Shown: positions 1 through 8,699, counted from the stretch's first letter. The stretch is DNA of 46,796 nucleotides from Arenimonas sp. (GCA_017987065.1 JAGNUI010000001.1:1-46796), one strand, 5' to 3'. Made by a program: numbers and translations. The notes: a model not told the origin generated them from the letters alone.

Positions 1-80
1 ATGGCTTCATGGTCATCGCAAACCCGATTCATCGTATCGGCCAGTTTGGCTCTGGCGGTAGAATATGTTATCGCGTCCAT
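1..80 (-). CDS. yefM: YefM/Phd-family antitoxin, N-terminal part (runs off the window edge; not in the ORF track)
   Basis: The reverse strand from ATG at 80 reads MDAITYSTARAKLADTMNRVCDDHEA, which matches the YefM N-terminus pattern (E. coli [26 protein letters not shown]). A yefM-type operator lies directly upstream. Confidence 0.9.
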   Translation of the reverse strand, partial: MDAITYSTARAKLADTMNRVCDDHEA

Positions 81-96
81 CTGAGGGCTCCGTTTA

Positions 97-134
97 TGTA
101 CAATTTATTGTACAACCCTCGTTACTTATGTCAA
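97..134 (-). promoter_or_regulatory. sigma70 promoter with yefM-yoeB-type operator
   Basis: Minus strand TTGACA (134-129), 16-nt spacer, TACAAT (112-107). Two TGTACA palindromes at 97-102 and 109-114 are 12 bp centre-to-centre, as in the E. coli yefM-yoeB operator. Confidence 0.85.
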
Positions 135-191
135 GTGCAAAACCGAGCAGCGCGCATAACTAAATATAGGAGACGACTGAATATTGGGTAA

Positions 192-213
192 GAGGTCATT
201 AGCGTTTGAATAA
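192..213 (+). repeat. 22-bp direct repeat, copy 1 (GAGGTCATTAGCGTTTGAATAA)
   Basis: 21/22 identical to 978-999, with a perfect 18-bp core TCATTAGCGTTTGAATAA. Both copies are followed within 6-8 nt by CCGCCCC. Confidence 0.9.
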
Positions 214-286
214 TCTTCTAGCCGCCCCGAAATATGAGTAAACGTATGTTATTCGCGGCGGCGGCCGCTAAACTCAATCGTTATTC
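208..286 (+). mobile_element. Degenerate integron attC-like site
   Basis: The right arm GGCC-GCTAAAC-TCAATC-GTTATTC has the attC L'-spacer-R' layout. An L''-like CTTCTAGC lies at 215-222, and there is an internal stem GCCGCCCCGAA/TTCGCGGCGGC. The parE stop codon lies within the GTTA. The left end is non-canonical. Confidence 0.55.
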
Positions 287-583
287 GCCGTAAATTTGCG
301 TGTCAACGTCCATATTTTTATGGAGAACACGAATAATTTCAATCTTGCTGCTACTTCCGTTTTTATAAAAAACGATATGACTTCCCTGAGGGAATTTTCT
401 ATAGCCTAGCATGATGTCGTCGCAGTTCTTTCCTAGCTCAGGCGATTTGGCAAGCATATGAAAGGCCTCATCAAGCTGTTTGATATACAAGTTTCGCTGC
501 TTTACTCCCCAACGTTGCGTTGTAAAAATAGCAATGGAATGCAAATCTGCTTTGGCCTTGAGGGTTAAAGCAAATAGTTTCAT
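281..583 (-). CDS. parE: ParE-family type II toxin (gyrase-poison family)
   Basis: 100 aa with LTxxAKADL..WGxxQ..Y..GYRKFPQGSHIVFY..IEIIRVLHxxMD motifs, directly downstream of a parD-like gene. Confidence 0.95.
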   Translation of the reverse strand: MKLFALTLKAKADLHSIAIFTTQRWGVKQRNLYIKQLDEAFHMLAKSPELGKNCDDIMLGYRKFPQGSHIVFYKNGSSSKIEIIRVLHKNMDVDTQIYGE

Positions 584-585
584 TT

Positions 586-819
586 CTAGCGTTGATCTAG
601 CTCGGCAATAAAACTTTCGTAATTGTAGTCGGTAAGCCCGCTTTGCTCACCCTCCATCAACATGCGACGTAGCGTGTTCAGTTTATTTTCATTGTCTTCG
701 AGCAGTCTCAGGCCGGCACGCACTACTTCACTTGCAGAGCCGTATCGCCCGCTTTCTAGCTGGTGGGAAATAAAGCCATCAAAATGTTCGCCAAGGCTAA
801 TGCTAGTGTTTTTTGCCAT
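586..819 (-). CDS. parD: ParD-family RHH antitoxin (77 aa; true start at 819 rather than 954)
   Basis: MAKNTSISLGEHFDGFI..SGRYGSASEVVRAGLRLLE is the ParD1/CC2985-type signature. The promoter and operator fall inside the ORF-track extension. Confidence 0.95.
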   Translation of the reverse strand: MAKNTSISLGEHFDGFISHQLESGRYGSASEVVRAGLRLLEDNENKLNTLRRMLMEGEQSGLTDYNYESFIAELDQR

Positions 820-830
820 TGCATAGTTCC

Positions 831-879
831 AAAGTACCAATAGATAATAAATAATGGTACTTTTGTATTGGATCGTCAA
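831..879 (-). promoter_or_regulatory. parDE promoter and inverted-repeat operator
   Basis: Minus strand TTGACG (879-874), 17-nt spacer, CATTAT (856-851). A 9-bp inverted repeat AAAGTACCA (831-839) / TGGTACTTT (855-863) overlaps the -10 element. Confidence 0.7.
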
Positions 880-977
880 GCTTTTTTTGCAAATATCTCT
901 AGAGCAAGCACCACATCCAACCGTAACTTGAGTGTAATTATATTGATGTGGCAAGCGGCTGCAAAGTATAGTTGACG

Positions 978-999
978 GAGCTCATTAGCGTTTGAATAA
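978..999 (+). repeat. 22-bp direct repeat, copy 2 (GAGCTCATTAGCGTTTGAATAA)
   Basis: Matches 192-213 at 21/22 positions and ends 20 bp from the galU stop codon. Confidence 0.9.
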
Positions 1000-1019
1000 C
1001 ACCCTCCGCCCCCAATAAA

Positions 1020-1901
1020 TTATTTTCTTGCCAAGGCCTCTTGCATAAACGCTCGGGCTTCATCGGCCAAATCTTCATGATCTAAAGCAAACTGGATGGT
1101 CGCTTCAATCAAGCCAATACGTGTGCCGCAATCGAAACGGCGGCCTTCAAATTGATAGGCCAGCACTTTATCTTGCTTCAACAGCTGCGCAATCGCATCG
1201 GTGAGTTGTATTTCGCCGCCGGCGCCGGTGCGGGTTTTTTCCAGAATAGGAAAAATATCGCCACTTAAAACATAACGCCCAACCACAGCCAAATTGCTCG
1301 GCGCCACTTCAGGTTTGGGTTTCTCAACGATTTGTTCAATCACCCCAAAACGGCCGGTGAAATTGGGTGCGGCCACAATGCCATAGCTCGATGTTTGCTC
1401 AGGTGGCACTTCTTGAACCGAAATGACGCTGGCTTTTTCCTGTTCGGCCAAATCAATCATCTGGCCCAATGCCCCGCGACCGGTGTTCCAGATTAAATCA
1501 TCTGGCAACAACACCGCGAATGGCTCATTGCCCACTACGGGCTTAGCACAAAGCACCGCATGCCCTAAACCTAAGGCTTCGGCTTGGGTGACGAATACAC
1601 AGCGCACATGTTTAGGTAACACATCACGAATCATGGCTAGCAATTCAGTTTTGCCGGCTTTCTCTAATTTTTGTTCAAGCTCGTAGGCTTTGTCGAAATA
1701 ATCGGCAACCGAATGTTTATAACGGTTAGTAACAAAAATAAGCGTGTCAATGCCCGCTTCTATCGCCTCATCAACCGCGTATTGAATGAGTGGTTTATCA
1801 ACCACCGGCAACATTTCTTTGGGAATGGTTTTGGTTGCTGGCAAAAACCGTGTACCTAATCCCGCCACGGGAAATACCGCTTTGGTTACCTTGAATCCCA
1901 T
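1020..1901 (-). CDS. galU: UTP--glucose-1-phosphate uridylyltransferase
   Basis: KAVFPVAGLGTRFLPATK..PKEMLP, VEKP and GEIQLTDAI motifs. Confidence 0.97.
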   Translation of the reverse strand: MGFKVTKAVFPVAGLGTRFLPATKTIPKEMLPVVDKPLIQYAVDEAIEAGIDTLIFVTNRYKHSVADYFDKAYELEQKLEKAGKTELLAMIRDVLPKHVRCVFVTQAEALGLGHAVLCAKPVVGNEPFAVLLPDDLIWNTGRGALGQMIDLAEQEKASVISVQEVPPEQTSSYGIVAAPNFTGRFGVIEQIVEKPKPEVAPSNLAVVGRYVLSGDIFPILEKTRTGAGGEIQLTDAIAQLLKQDKVLAYQFEGRRFDCGTRIGLIEATIQFALDHEDLADEARAFMQEALARK

Positions 1902-1913
1902 AATCTTCCTTGT

Positions 1914-3086
1914 TTATGATCCTAATAAATTGAGTAAGGGTTTAACGCTACCCCAGTTTTTACAACTTGGACATTGCCAATGATGCGAACGCGCACCGAA
2001 ACCACAATTGACGCAACGGTAATTGGCAGAACGCACTAATAGTTGATCGGTAATTTGTTTTAAGGTTTTTAATGTTTCATTTGGATCATGAGCTGGAAAA
2101 CCAATTACTTTTTCCAGCAATACCGCTTCGCCACGAACTGAAGGACTTTGAATCAGTTGTTTGGCTAAAAAAGCTTGCGATACAGCGGGACCTTCTGCGC
2201 GCTCAATGAGCTCAGCAAGCGCTAAAAGTGGCGTTACTCCAGAATATTGCTCAATCACTTCTTGTAAAAAACCACGCGCGCGAACGAGCTCATCGCGCCG
2301 TTCATAACACTCCATCAGCTGCGGCAGAATCTCTGGCAAGTATTCAGGATCATGGCGTGCAACACGCTCAAAAGCCCTAATCGCTCCAACATCATTTTTT
2401 TCTAATAAATCTAATTTACCTTCGAGCATACCAGCCCGCACACATTGACTATCAGCAGAATACGCTAATGCAATTTGTTCGCGGGCTTTGTGCAGGTTTG
2501 ATTCGTGGATATATTTTTCAGCCAGCTCGCAATAATAATGCGCGATACTTTCGCCCATCGCTTCGCCAGAAATTTGTTCGTATTTTAGAGCATGCGTAAT
2601 GGCTTGATCCCAATCGCGCTCAAATTGATAAATGGAAATCAATTGCTGCAGTGCTTTTGGTGCATGCACACCCATTTGAACAAGGTCATTAAATAATGTT
2701 TCTGCACGGTCTAATAAACCGGCACGCATATAATCGTCACCAAGTTCTAAGGCCGCACGCGTTTTTTGTTCTTCGCTTAGGCCCGTTCTTGCCACTAAAT
2801 TCTGATGCAAGCGAATGGCACGATCAATCTCACCACGCCTACGAAATAAGTGCCCTAATGCAAATTGCGTTTCTACGGTATCTTTATCAACTTCAGCAAT
2901 TTGTAAGAATATTTCCAGCGCTTTATCTTGCTGTTCATTGAGTAAATAATTTAAGCCACGAAAATAGGTATTAGATAAACGCGAAATTTTTGCGCCACCT
3001 TTTATTTCACCACCACGCCGGCCTAAAAGAACGCCCGTCGCTAAAGCGGCTGGAATCAGCAGCAACCAAGCAGCATGTGTCATCAT
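1914..3086 (-). CDS. lapB: Lipopolysaccharide assembly protein B
   Basis: N-terminal TM helix, YFRGLNYLL and TPR repeats, C-terminal rubredoxin CxxC..WQCPSC motif; follows lapA. Confidence 0.95.
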   Translation of the reverse strand: MMTHAAWLLLIPAALATGVLLGRRGGEIKGGAKISRLSNTYFRGLNYLLNEQQDKALEIFLQIAEVDKDTVETQFALGHLFRRRGEIDRAIRLHQNLVARTGLSEEQKTRAALELGDDYMRAGLLDRAETLFNDLVQMGVHAPKALQQLISIYQFERDWDQAITHALKYEQISGEAMGESIAHYYCELAEKYIHESNLHKAREQIALAYSADSQCVRAGMLEGKLDLLEKNDVGAIRAFERVARHDPEYLPEILPQLMECYERRDELVRARGFLQEVIEQYSGVTPLLALAELIERAEGPAVSQAFLAKQLIQSPSVRGEAVLLEKVIGFPAHDPNETLKTLKQITDQLLVRSANYRCVNCGFGARSHHWQCPSCKNWGSVKPLLNLLGS

Positions 3087-3364
3087 GCTTTGGAATCTCT
3101 TTGTGTTTGAGTTGCTTTGTTCGAATTATTTTTAGCTAAAGGGTCTTTTTTACTTCTTAAAAACCAACTAACACTGGATAGCGCACCACCAAGAATAGTG
3201 CCCATTAACAAACAAAGTATGAGTGAAAGCCCAAGTGGGGCTGAATAATGCGCAAAAAACCAGTCTATTTCCACGACTTGTTGATTAAGAGCGCCAAGAA
3301 ATATGCCACTAACAACAAACAACAAGGCAATGATGGCTTTTATAGCACGCATGTCAGTCTCCAA
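3083..3364 (-). CDS. lapA: Lipopolysaccharide assembly protein A
   Basis: Small two-TM protein with a basic tail, located between ihfB and lapB. Confidence 0.85.
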   Translation of the reverse strand: METDMRAIKAIIALLFVVSGIFLGALNQQVVEIDWFFAHYSAPLGLSLILCLLMGTILGGALSSVSWFLRSKKDPLAKNNSNKATQTQRDSKA

Positions 3365-3400
3365 TTCGATAAGACAAGCTTAACCGATTAAGACTAGGAA

Positions 3401-3703
3401 TTAACTATCTGGTTGGATGTCAATAACGTTATTGACGCGCTCACGCAACTCTTTACCTGGCTTGAAATGAGGTACGTGTTTACCACTGAGCTCAACAGAC
3501 TCACCGGTTTTAGGGTTACGACCCAAACGTGCTGGACGGTAATGCAAAGAGAAACTACCAAAACCACGAATTTCAATGCGCTTGCCATCTGCTAAGGAGG
3601 TGCTCATCATTTCTAAAATGTTTTTGACGGCTAAATCAACATCATCTGCTTTCAAATGAGGTTGTTGCTTAGATAAAAATTCAATGAGCTCAGATTTGGT
3701 CAT
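3401..3703 (-). CDS. ihfB: Integration host factor beta subunit
   Basis: [44 protein letters not shown]. Confidence 0.98.
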   Translation of the reverse strand: MTKSELIEFLSKQQPHLKADDVDLAVKNILEMMSTSLADGKRIEIRGFGSFSLHYRPARLGRNPKTGESVELSGKHVPHFKPGKELRERVNNVIDIQPDS

Positions 3704-3722
3704 ACGTTATCACCTGTTAGGT

Positions 3723-3750
3723 ATTCGGCCCAGCATGACCTGGGCCGAAT
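3723..3750 (-). terminator. Intercistronic hairpin between rpsA and ihfB (stabiliser or weak terminator)
   Basis: Perfect 11-bp stem ATTCGGCCCAG-catgac-CTGGGCCGAAT with no U-tract. Confidence 0.55.
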
Positions 3751-3760
3751 GATACTACAA

Positions 3761-5440
3761 TTACTCGCCTTTACCCATTTGCTCACGCAATAATGCGCCA
3801 AGCTTAGTGGTACCGCTAGAAGCGTCCGACTTGCTAATTTCAGCCATTGTTTCAGTTAACTCAGCTTCGTCTTTGGCACGAATCGATAACTGCATGACAC
3901 GACCTTTACGATCATTGCCAATAAATTTAGCTTCGATTTCATCGCCGACTTTCAAATGCTGAGAAGCATCTTCAATACGCTCTTTGGCAATATCGTTGGC
4001 TTTAATATAACCTTCAATGCCGCCTTCAATTTCGATGACTGCACCTTTAGCATCAACTTCTTTAACGATGCCTTTTACAATGGCACCTTTTTGTATGCTG
4101 GCAGCGAACTGACCGGCAGGATCTTGTTCAAGTTGCTTGACACCCAAAGAAATACGTTCACGCTCTGGATCAACAGCAAGAACTACTGCATCCAAGTTGT
4201 CGCCTTTCTTCAAGTTACGCACGGCTTCTTCACCGGTGGCGTTCCAAGAAATATCGGAAAGGTGAATTAAACCATCAATGCCGCCATCCAAACCAATGAA
4301 CACACCGAAATCGGTGATCGATTTAATTTGACCAGATACTTTGTCGCCTTTCTTAAAGATGACCGCAAATGCTTCCCAAGGATTAGAAACGCATTGCTTG
4401 ATACCTAAAGAAATACGACGACGTTCTGCATCAACATCCAAGACCATCACTTCGACTTCATCACCCAATTGCACCACTTTGCTTGGGTTAACGTTTTTGT
4501 TGGTCCAATCCATTTCTGATACGTGTACTAAACCTTCTACGCCTGGTTCAATTTCAACAAATGCACCGTAATCGGTGACATTAGAAACTTTACCAAATGC
4601 GCGGGTATCAGCTGGGTAACGACGAGCAATGTTTTCCCATGGATCTTCGCCTAATTGCTTCAAGCCTAACGATACGCGGTTACGTTCGCGATCATACTTC
4701 AAGACGCGGACTTGCAATTCATCACCCACGTTGACCACTTCAGACGGATGACGGACACGTTTCCATGCCATATCGGTAATGTGCAACAAACCATCAACGC
4801 CACCCAAATCAACGAATGCGCCGTAATCGGTCAAGTTTTTAACAACACCAGTAATGATGGTGCCTTCTTGTAAGCGCTCAAGCATTTGCTCGCGTTCAAC
4901 GGTGTTTTCGCTTTCAACCACAGCACGGCGCGAAACCACAACGTTGTTACGCTTGCGATCAAGTTTGATAATTTTAAATTCAAGTGTTTTGCCTTCCAAA
5001 TAACCCGGATCGCGCACTGGGCGCACATCCACTAAGGAGCCTGGCAAGAATGCGCGCACTTCGCGGATATCAACCGTGAAACCGCCTTTTACTTTACCGC
5101 TGATGTAACCGGTGACAATTTCGCCAGCGTCCATCAAGGTTTCTAATTCGTCCCATACCAAAGCTTTTTTCGCTTTATCGCGGGAAAGTACAGTTTCACC
5201 GAAGCCGTTTTCAACGGACTCTAAAGCCACTTTGACGACATCGCCAACAGCAACTTCAAGTTCGCCTTGTTCGTTACGGAACTGTTCGATAGGTATAACA
5301 CCTTCGGATTTTAAACCAACGTTAACAACAACGACGTCGGAACGGATTTCTTCAACGGTGCCGGTAACAATGGCGCCAGGTTTCAGATTGTTAAGTGATG
5401 CTTGGCTTTGCTCAAACAATTCAGCAAATGATTCAGTCAT
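3761..5440 (-). CDS. rpsA: 30S ribosomal protein S1
   Basis: [10 protein letters not shown] start and six S1 repeats (e.g. [27 protein letters not shown]). Confidence 0.99.
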   Translation of the reverse strand: MTESFAELFEQSQASLNNLKPGAIVTGTVEEIRSDVVVVNVGLKSEGVIPIEQFRNEQGELEVAVGDVVKVALESVENGFGETVLSRDKAKKALVWDELETLMDAGEIVTGYISGKVKGGFTVDIREVRAFLPGSLVDVRPVRDPGYLEGKTLEFKIIKLDRKRNNVVVSRRAVVESENTVEREQMLERLQEGTIITGVVKNLTDYGAFVDLGGVDGLLHITDMAWKRVRHPSEVVNVGDELQVRVLKYDRERNRVSLGLKQLGEDPWENIARRYPADTRAFGKVSNVTDYGAFVEIEPGVEGLVHVSEMDWTNKNVNPSKVVQLGDEVEVMVLDVDAERRRISLGIKQCVSNPWEAFAVIFKKGDKVSGQIKSITDFGVFIGLDGGIDGLIHLSDISWNATGEEAVRNLKKGDNLDAVVLAVDPERERISLGVKQLEQDPAGQFAASIQKGAIVKGIVKEVDAKGAVIEIEGGIEGYIKANDIAKERIEDASQHLKVGDEIEAKFIGNDRKGRVMQLSIRAKDEAELTETMAEISKSDASSGTTKLGALLREQMGKGE

Positions 5441-5560
5441 GATTATTTCTCAAGTTAATAAACAGGTTATTACGCAAATAACCCACCTGTTATGTGCAAA
5501 ATGCACGCTAATAAGCCCAACAAAATGTTGGGACCGGAACTATTACCTGAGATTGATGTT
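5441..5560 (-). promoter_or_regulatory. Structured rpsA leader (probable S1 autogenous control region)
   Basis: Minus-strand hairpins CCCAAC-atttt-GTTGGG and AACAG-gtgg-GTTATT-tgcgt-AATAAC-CTGTT, with no strong SD. Gammaproteobacterial rpsA leaders are known to have this organisation. Confidence 0.6.
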
Positions 5561-5562
5561 CG

Positions 5563-6249
5563 TTACGAACGATATTGAGAGGGCAATACAGAAAGAATTT
5601 GATTGACTACCTGCGATATAGGCATTGAAGTGGAATCGATGATGACAGCATCATCGGCAGGCTTCAAAGGCGCTATAGCACGGTTCGCATCTCGCTCATC
5701 ACGGACCACTATCTCGTGTAATAGGTGGTCAAGTTTAACAGTAACTCCTTTTTCTATCAACTGCTTATAACGCCTTTCTGCTCGAATGATGGGGCTTGCC
5801 GTTAAAAAGAATTTAAAAGGTGCGTCCGGAAAAATGACCGTACCCATGTCGCGGCCATCTGCAACCAAGCCAGGCGCAATTCTAAAACCCCTTTGCAACT
5901 CAATGAGAGCAGCGCGAACTAAAGGTTGGGCTGCCAATGCCGATGCTATAGATCCGGCCAATTCTGATCTAATTTCAGCAGTCGCTTCTTTATTATTTAT
6001 ATAAATTATAGGCTCATCATTAACTTGTGAAACAAACTTAATGTTAGTTCTTAATGCGCAATCAGCCAGATTTTCGGTCTCGGTCACATCAATATCTTCC
6101 CATGACGCGGCAATGCCAACCGCACGATACAGTGCCCCCGAGTCTAAATAAGACCAATTCAGAGCCTGCGCCAATAGTCGGCTAATGGTGCCCTTGCCTG
6201 CACCAGCAGGACCATCAATGGTAATAACAGGAATAATTTGATTGTTCAT
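5563..6249 (-). CDS. cmk: Cytidylate kinase
   Basis: ITIDGPAGAGKGT P-loop, LDSGALYRA, VADGRDMGTVIFPDA. Confidence 0.97.
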   Translation of the reverse strand: MNNQIIPVITIDGPAGAGKGTISRLLAQALNWSYLDSGALYRAVGIAASWEDIDVTETENLADCALRTNIKFVSQVNDEPIIYINNKEATAEIRSELAGSIASALAAQPLVRAALIELQRGFRIAPGLVADGRDMGTVIFPDAPFKFFLTASPIIRAERRYKQLIEKGVTVKLDHLLHEIVVRDERDANRAIAPLKPADDAVIIDSTSMPISQVVNQILSVLPSQYRS

Positions 6250-6273
6250 AAATTTTCCTAAAGCGACATTCGT

Positions 6274-7578
6274 TTAGCTTAGAGTAAGTTTCATACCGAT
6301 GGATTGCGCTAATTCAACAAAGCCTGGAAACGATGTTGCCACATTAGCGCAGTCTTGAATGGCTGTCACGCCATCAACACATTGCGCCGCCACCGCAAAA
6401 CTCATTGCAATGCGGTGATCTTCAAAACTTTCAATCGTAGCAGCGCGTAGCGATCCGCCTTGAATGATGACAGAATCGCTGCTTTCAATAATATCCGCAC
6501 CCATTGCTTGCAAGCCTTTCACCATACTGGCTATTCGATCTGATTCCTTAACGCGAAGTTCGGCAAGTCCAGTTGCATGCGTCTTACCCGTTGCTAAGGC
6601 AGCCGTTACGAAAAATATGGGACATTCGTCAATCATGTCGGGCACTAAATGCTCAGGCAACTCAATGCCCACTAATGCCGAACTTTGCACGCGAATATCG
6701 GCAACCCTTTCGCCACTTTGCAGGCGTTGATCGAGCAGTTCAATTCGACCGCCCATCAGCTTAAACGCCTCAATAATACCGGTGCGTCGCGGATTAACAC
6801 CGATATTGCGCAACATAATATCTGAGTTAGGAATGAGCAATGCCGCTGCAATCAAAAAAGCAGCCGAGGAAATATCGCCTGGAATACATATTCGTCCCGC
6901 CTTCAGCTTGCCTCCAGAACGAACCACAACGCGTCCAGCTGAATATTCAAGCGGCCAGCCTAAAGCCTGCAACATCGATTCGGTATAGTCTCTTGTAGCG
7001 CGTGGTTCGGTGATGACGGTTTCACCCTGCGCGTATAACGCTGCAAAGATGAGCGCAGATTTAACTTGGGCACTGGCCACTAAAGTATTAATTTCAACGC
7101 CATGTAAAGATTGAGCGCCCTTAATATTTAAAGGCGCGTAATTATCATCGCGAGCAGAAATATGCGCGCCCATCTTTTCAAGCAATTTGATAACGCGCGC
7201 CATTGGTCTTTTTGATAATGAGGCATCACCAATTAACTGGCTATCAAAGGCTTGGCCTGACAACAAGCCTGTTAGCAGGCGCATACCGGTACCGGCATTG
7301 CCGCAATCCAAAGGCTCAGAACTGGCTTGCAAGCCATGCATTCCAACGCCATGCACAATCCGTGTTTGTGCGTTCGGCGTTTCAATTCGCACGCCTAATT
7401 GAGCGAATATTCTGGCGGTGGCGCGGGTATCTTCGCCCTCCAAAAAGCCCTCGATAGTCGAAACCCCTTCAGCTAAGGCGGCCAGCATAATGGCGCGATG
7501 CGAAATGGATTTATCGCCGGGTACGCTGAACTCACCTTGCAAACCTAGTGAGCGATTGGCTTGCCAATTTATAGACAT
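6274..7578 (-). CDS. aroA: 3-phosphoshikimate 1-carboxyvinyltransferase (EPSP synthase, class II-like)
   Basis: VPGDKSISHRA, LDCGNAGTGMRL, SAQVKSA, ELRVKESDRI, DHRIAMSF. Confidence 0.97.
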   Translation of the reverse strand: MSINWQANRSLGLQGEFSVPGDKSISHRAIMLAALAEGVSTIEGFLEGEDTRATARIFAQLGVRIETPNAQTRIVHGVGMHGLQASSEPLDCGNAGTGMRLLTGLLSGQAFDSQLIGDASLSKRPMARVIKLLEKMGAHISARDDNYAPLNIKGAQSLHGVEINTLVASAQVKSALIFAALYAQGETVITEPRATRDYTESMLQALGWPLEYSAGRVVVRSGGKLKAGRICIPGDISSAAFLIAAALLIPNSDIMLRNIGVNPRRTGIIEAFKLMGGRIELLDQRLQSGERVADIRVQSSALVGIELPEHLVPDMIDECPIFFVTAALATGKTHATGLAELRVKESDRIASMVKGLQAMGADIIESSDSVIIQGGSLRAATIESFEDHRIAMSFAVAAQCVDGVTAIQDCANVATSFPGFVELAQSIGMKLTLS

Positions 7579-8699
7579 GCTAAGCCTTGTTTAAGCTCAT
7601 GCATAAAGCGAATGTTGTCATCCGGCGTGGAAATAGTAATGCGCAGATAATCACCTAAACCATAACCGTGCATAGGTCGAACCATCACCCCTTTGGCAAA
7701 CAACAGACTTTCCAGTTGTGCCGTTTGGCTACCGAAATGCACCAGTAAAAAATTAGTTTGAGATGGCAACACTTTTAAATTTAAGCCTTCAAGTTGATCA
7801 CGCAACCAATCACGTTGTATGGCGTTTTTTTCACGCACCTGCGCTAAATGTTTTTCATCGTCAAGCGCTATGCTGGCACTGATGAGCGCCAATGAATTCA
7901 GGTTGAATGATTCACGTATTCGTTCTATCAACTCAATAACTCGCGCATGTGCAATAGCAAAACCTGCACGTATGCCAGCCAAGCCATAAGCTTTAGAAAA
8001 GGTCCGAGTTACAATTAAATTGGGAAATGAATCCAGTAATGTAAGTGCTGATTGCAGACTAGAATCGGTCACGTATTCAATATAAGCCTCATCCACCAGT
8101 ACCAAAACATGGCTGGGCACTTTTTCAAGAAAACTTCGCAGCTTCTCGGTGGAAAACCAAGTGCCTGTTGGGTTATTTGGATTAGCAAAACAAATTAATT
8201 TAGTTTTTGCTGTGATTTTTTCAAGCATGGCATCTAAATCATGGCCCAGAGGCATCGCGTCTTGCAAATTATTGGCCGCAACCACCACTAACTGTGCGCC
8301 AACCGCTTTACTGGCAATAGGATACACAGCAAAACAATATTGACTAACCAACACTTCATCATTCGCTGACGCAAAAACTTGAGCGAACTGCATCAGTAAT
8401 TCATGCGAGCCGTTACCAAGAATAATCTGCTCTGGCAACACACCATATTTAACAGCAATTCGTTGCTTTAAATGCTTGCCAATGGGATCTGGATAGCGAA
8501 ACAGATCGGTTAATGCAGATTGCAATGCGGGGATAATAGAAGGACTTGCTCCATAGCAATTTTCATTGGAACCTAGCTCCAACAAACCGCCACGATCGGC
8601 AAATTCAATACGCAACCCAGGCACATCGTGGCCTGGATCGTAGGCCACCAAGCTACGAATTGCCGGATTAGCACAATCTGAAAAATCAATGTTAGTCAT
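7569..8699 (-). CDS. hisC: Histidinol-phosphate / aromatic aminotransferase
   Basis: LGSNEN, ANPNNPTGT, VDEAYIEY, RTFSKAYGLAGIRAG (PLP lysine). Confidence 0.93.
   Translation of the reverse strand: MTNIDFSDCANPAIRSLVAYDPGHDVPGLRIEFADRGGLLELGSNENCYGASPSIIPALQSALTDLFRYPDPIGKHLKQRIAVKYGVLPEQIILGNGSHELLMQFAQVFASANDEVLVSQYCFAVYPIASKAVGAQLVVVAANNLQDAMPLGHDLDAMLEKITAKTKLICFANPNNPTGTWFSTEKLRSFLEKVPSHVLVLVDEAYIEYVTDSSLQSALTLLDSFPNLIVTRTFSKAYGLAGIRAGFAIAHARVIELIERIRESFNLNSLALISASIALDDEKHLAQVREKNAIQRDWLRDQLEGLNLKVLPSQTNFLLVHFGSQTAQLESLLFAKGVMVRPMHGYGLGDYLRITISTPDDNIRFMHELKQGLACL

Noticed and set aside
110-175. Possible dif/pdif site (TTATGTCAAGT at 126-136, GCGCATAA at 152-159)
   Set aside because: The half-sites are not arranged as XerC-6 bp-XerD, and TGTCAA is better explained as the yefM -35 box.
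9-191. 60-aa + strand ORF from the track
   Set aside because: It overlaps the real yefM start, promoter and operator on the opposite strand and has no recognisable motif.
820-954. 45-aa N-terminal extension of ParD in the ORF track
   Set aside because: It runs through the promoter and operator; the family N-terminus MAKNTS begins at 819.
192-999. Direct repeats as a CRISPR array or an IS target duplication
   Set aside because: There are only two copies, 786 bp apart, with genes between them. No cas genes, transposase or terminal inverted repeats are present.
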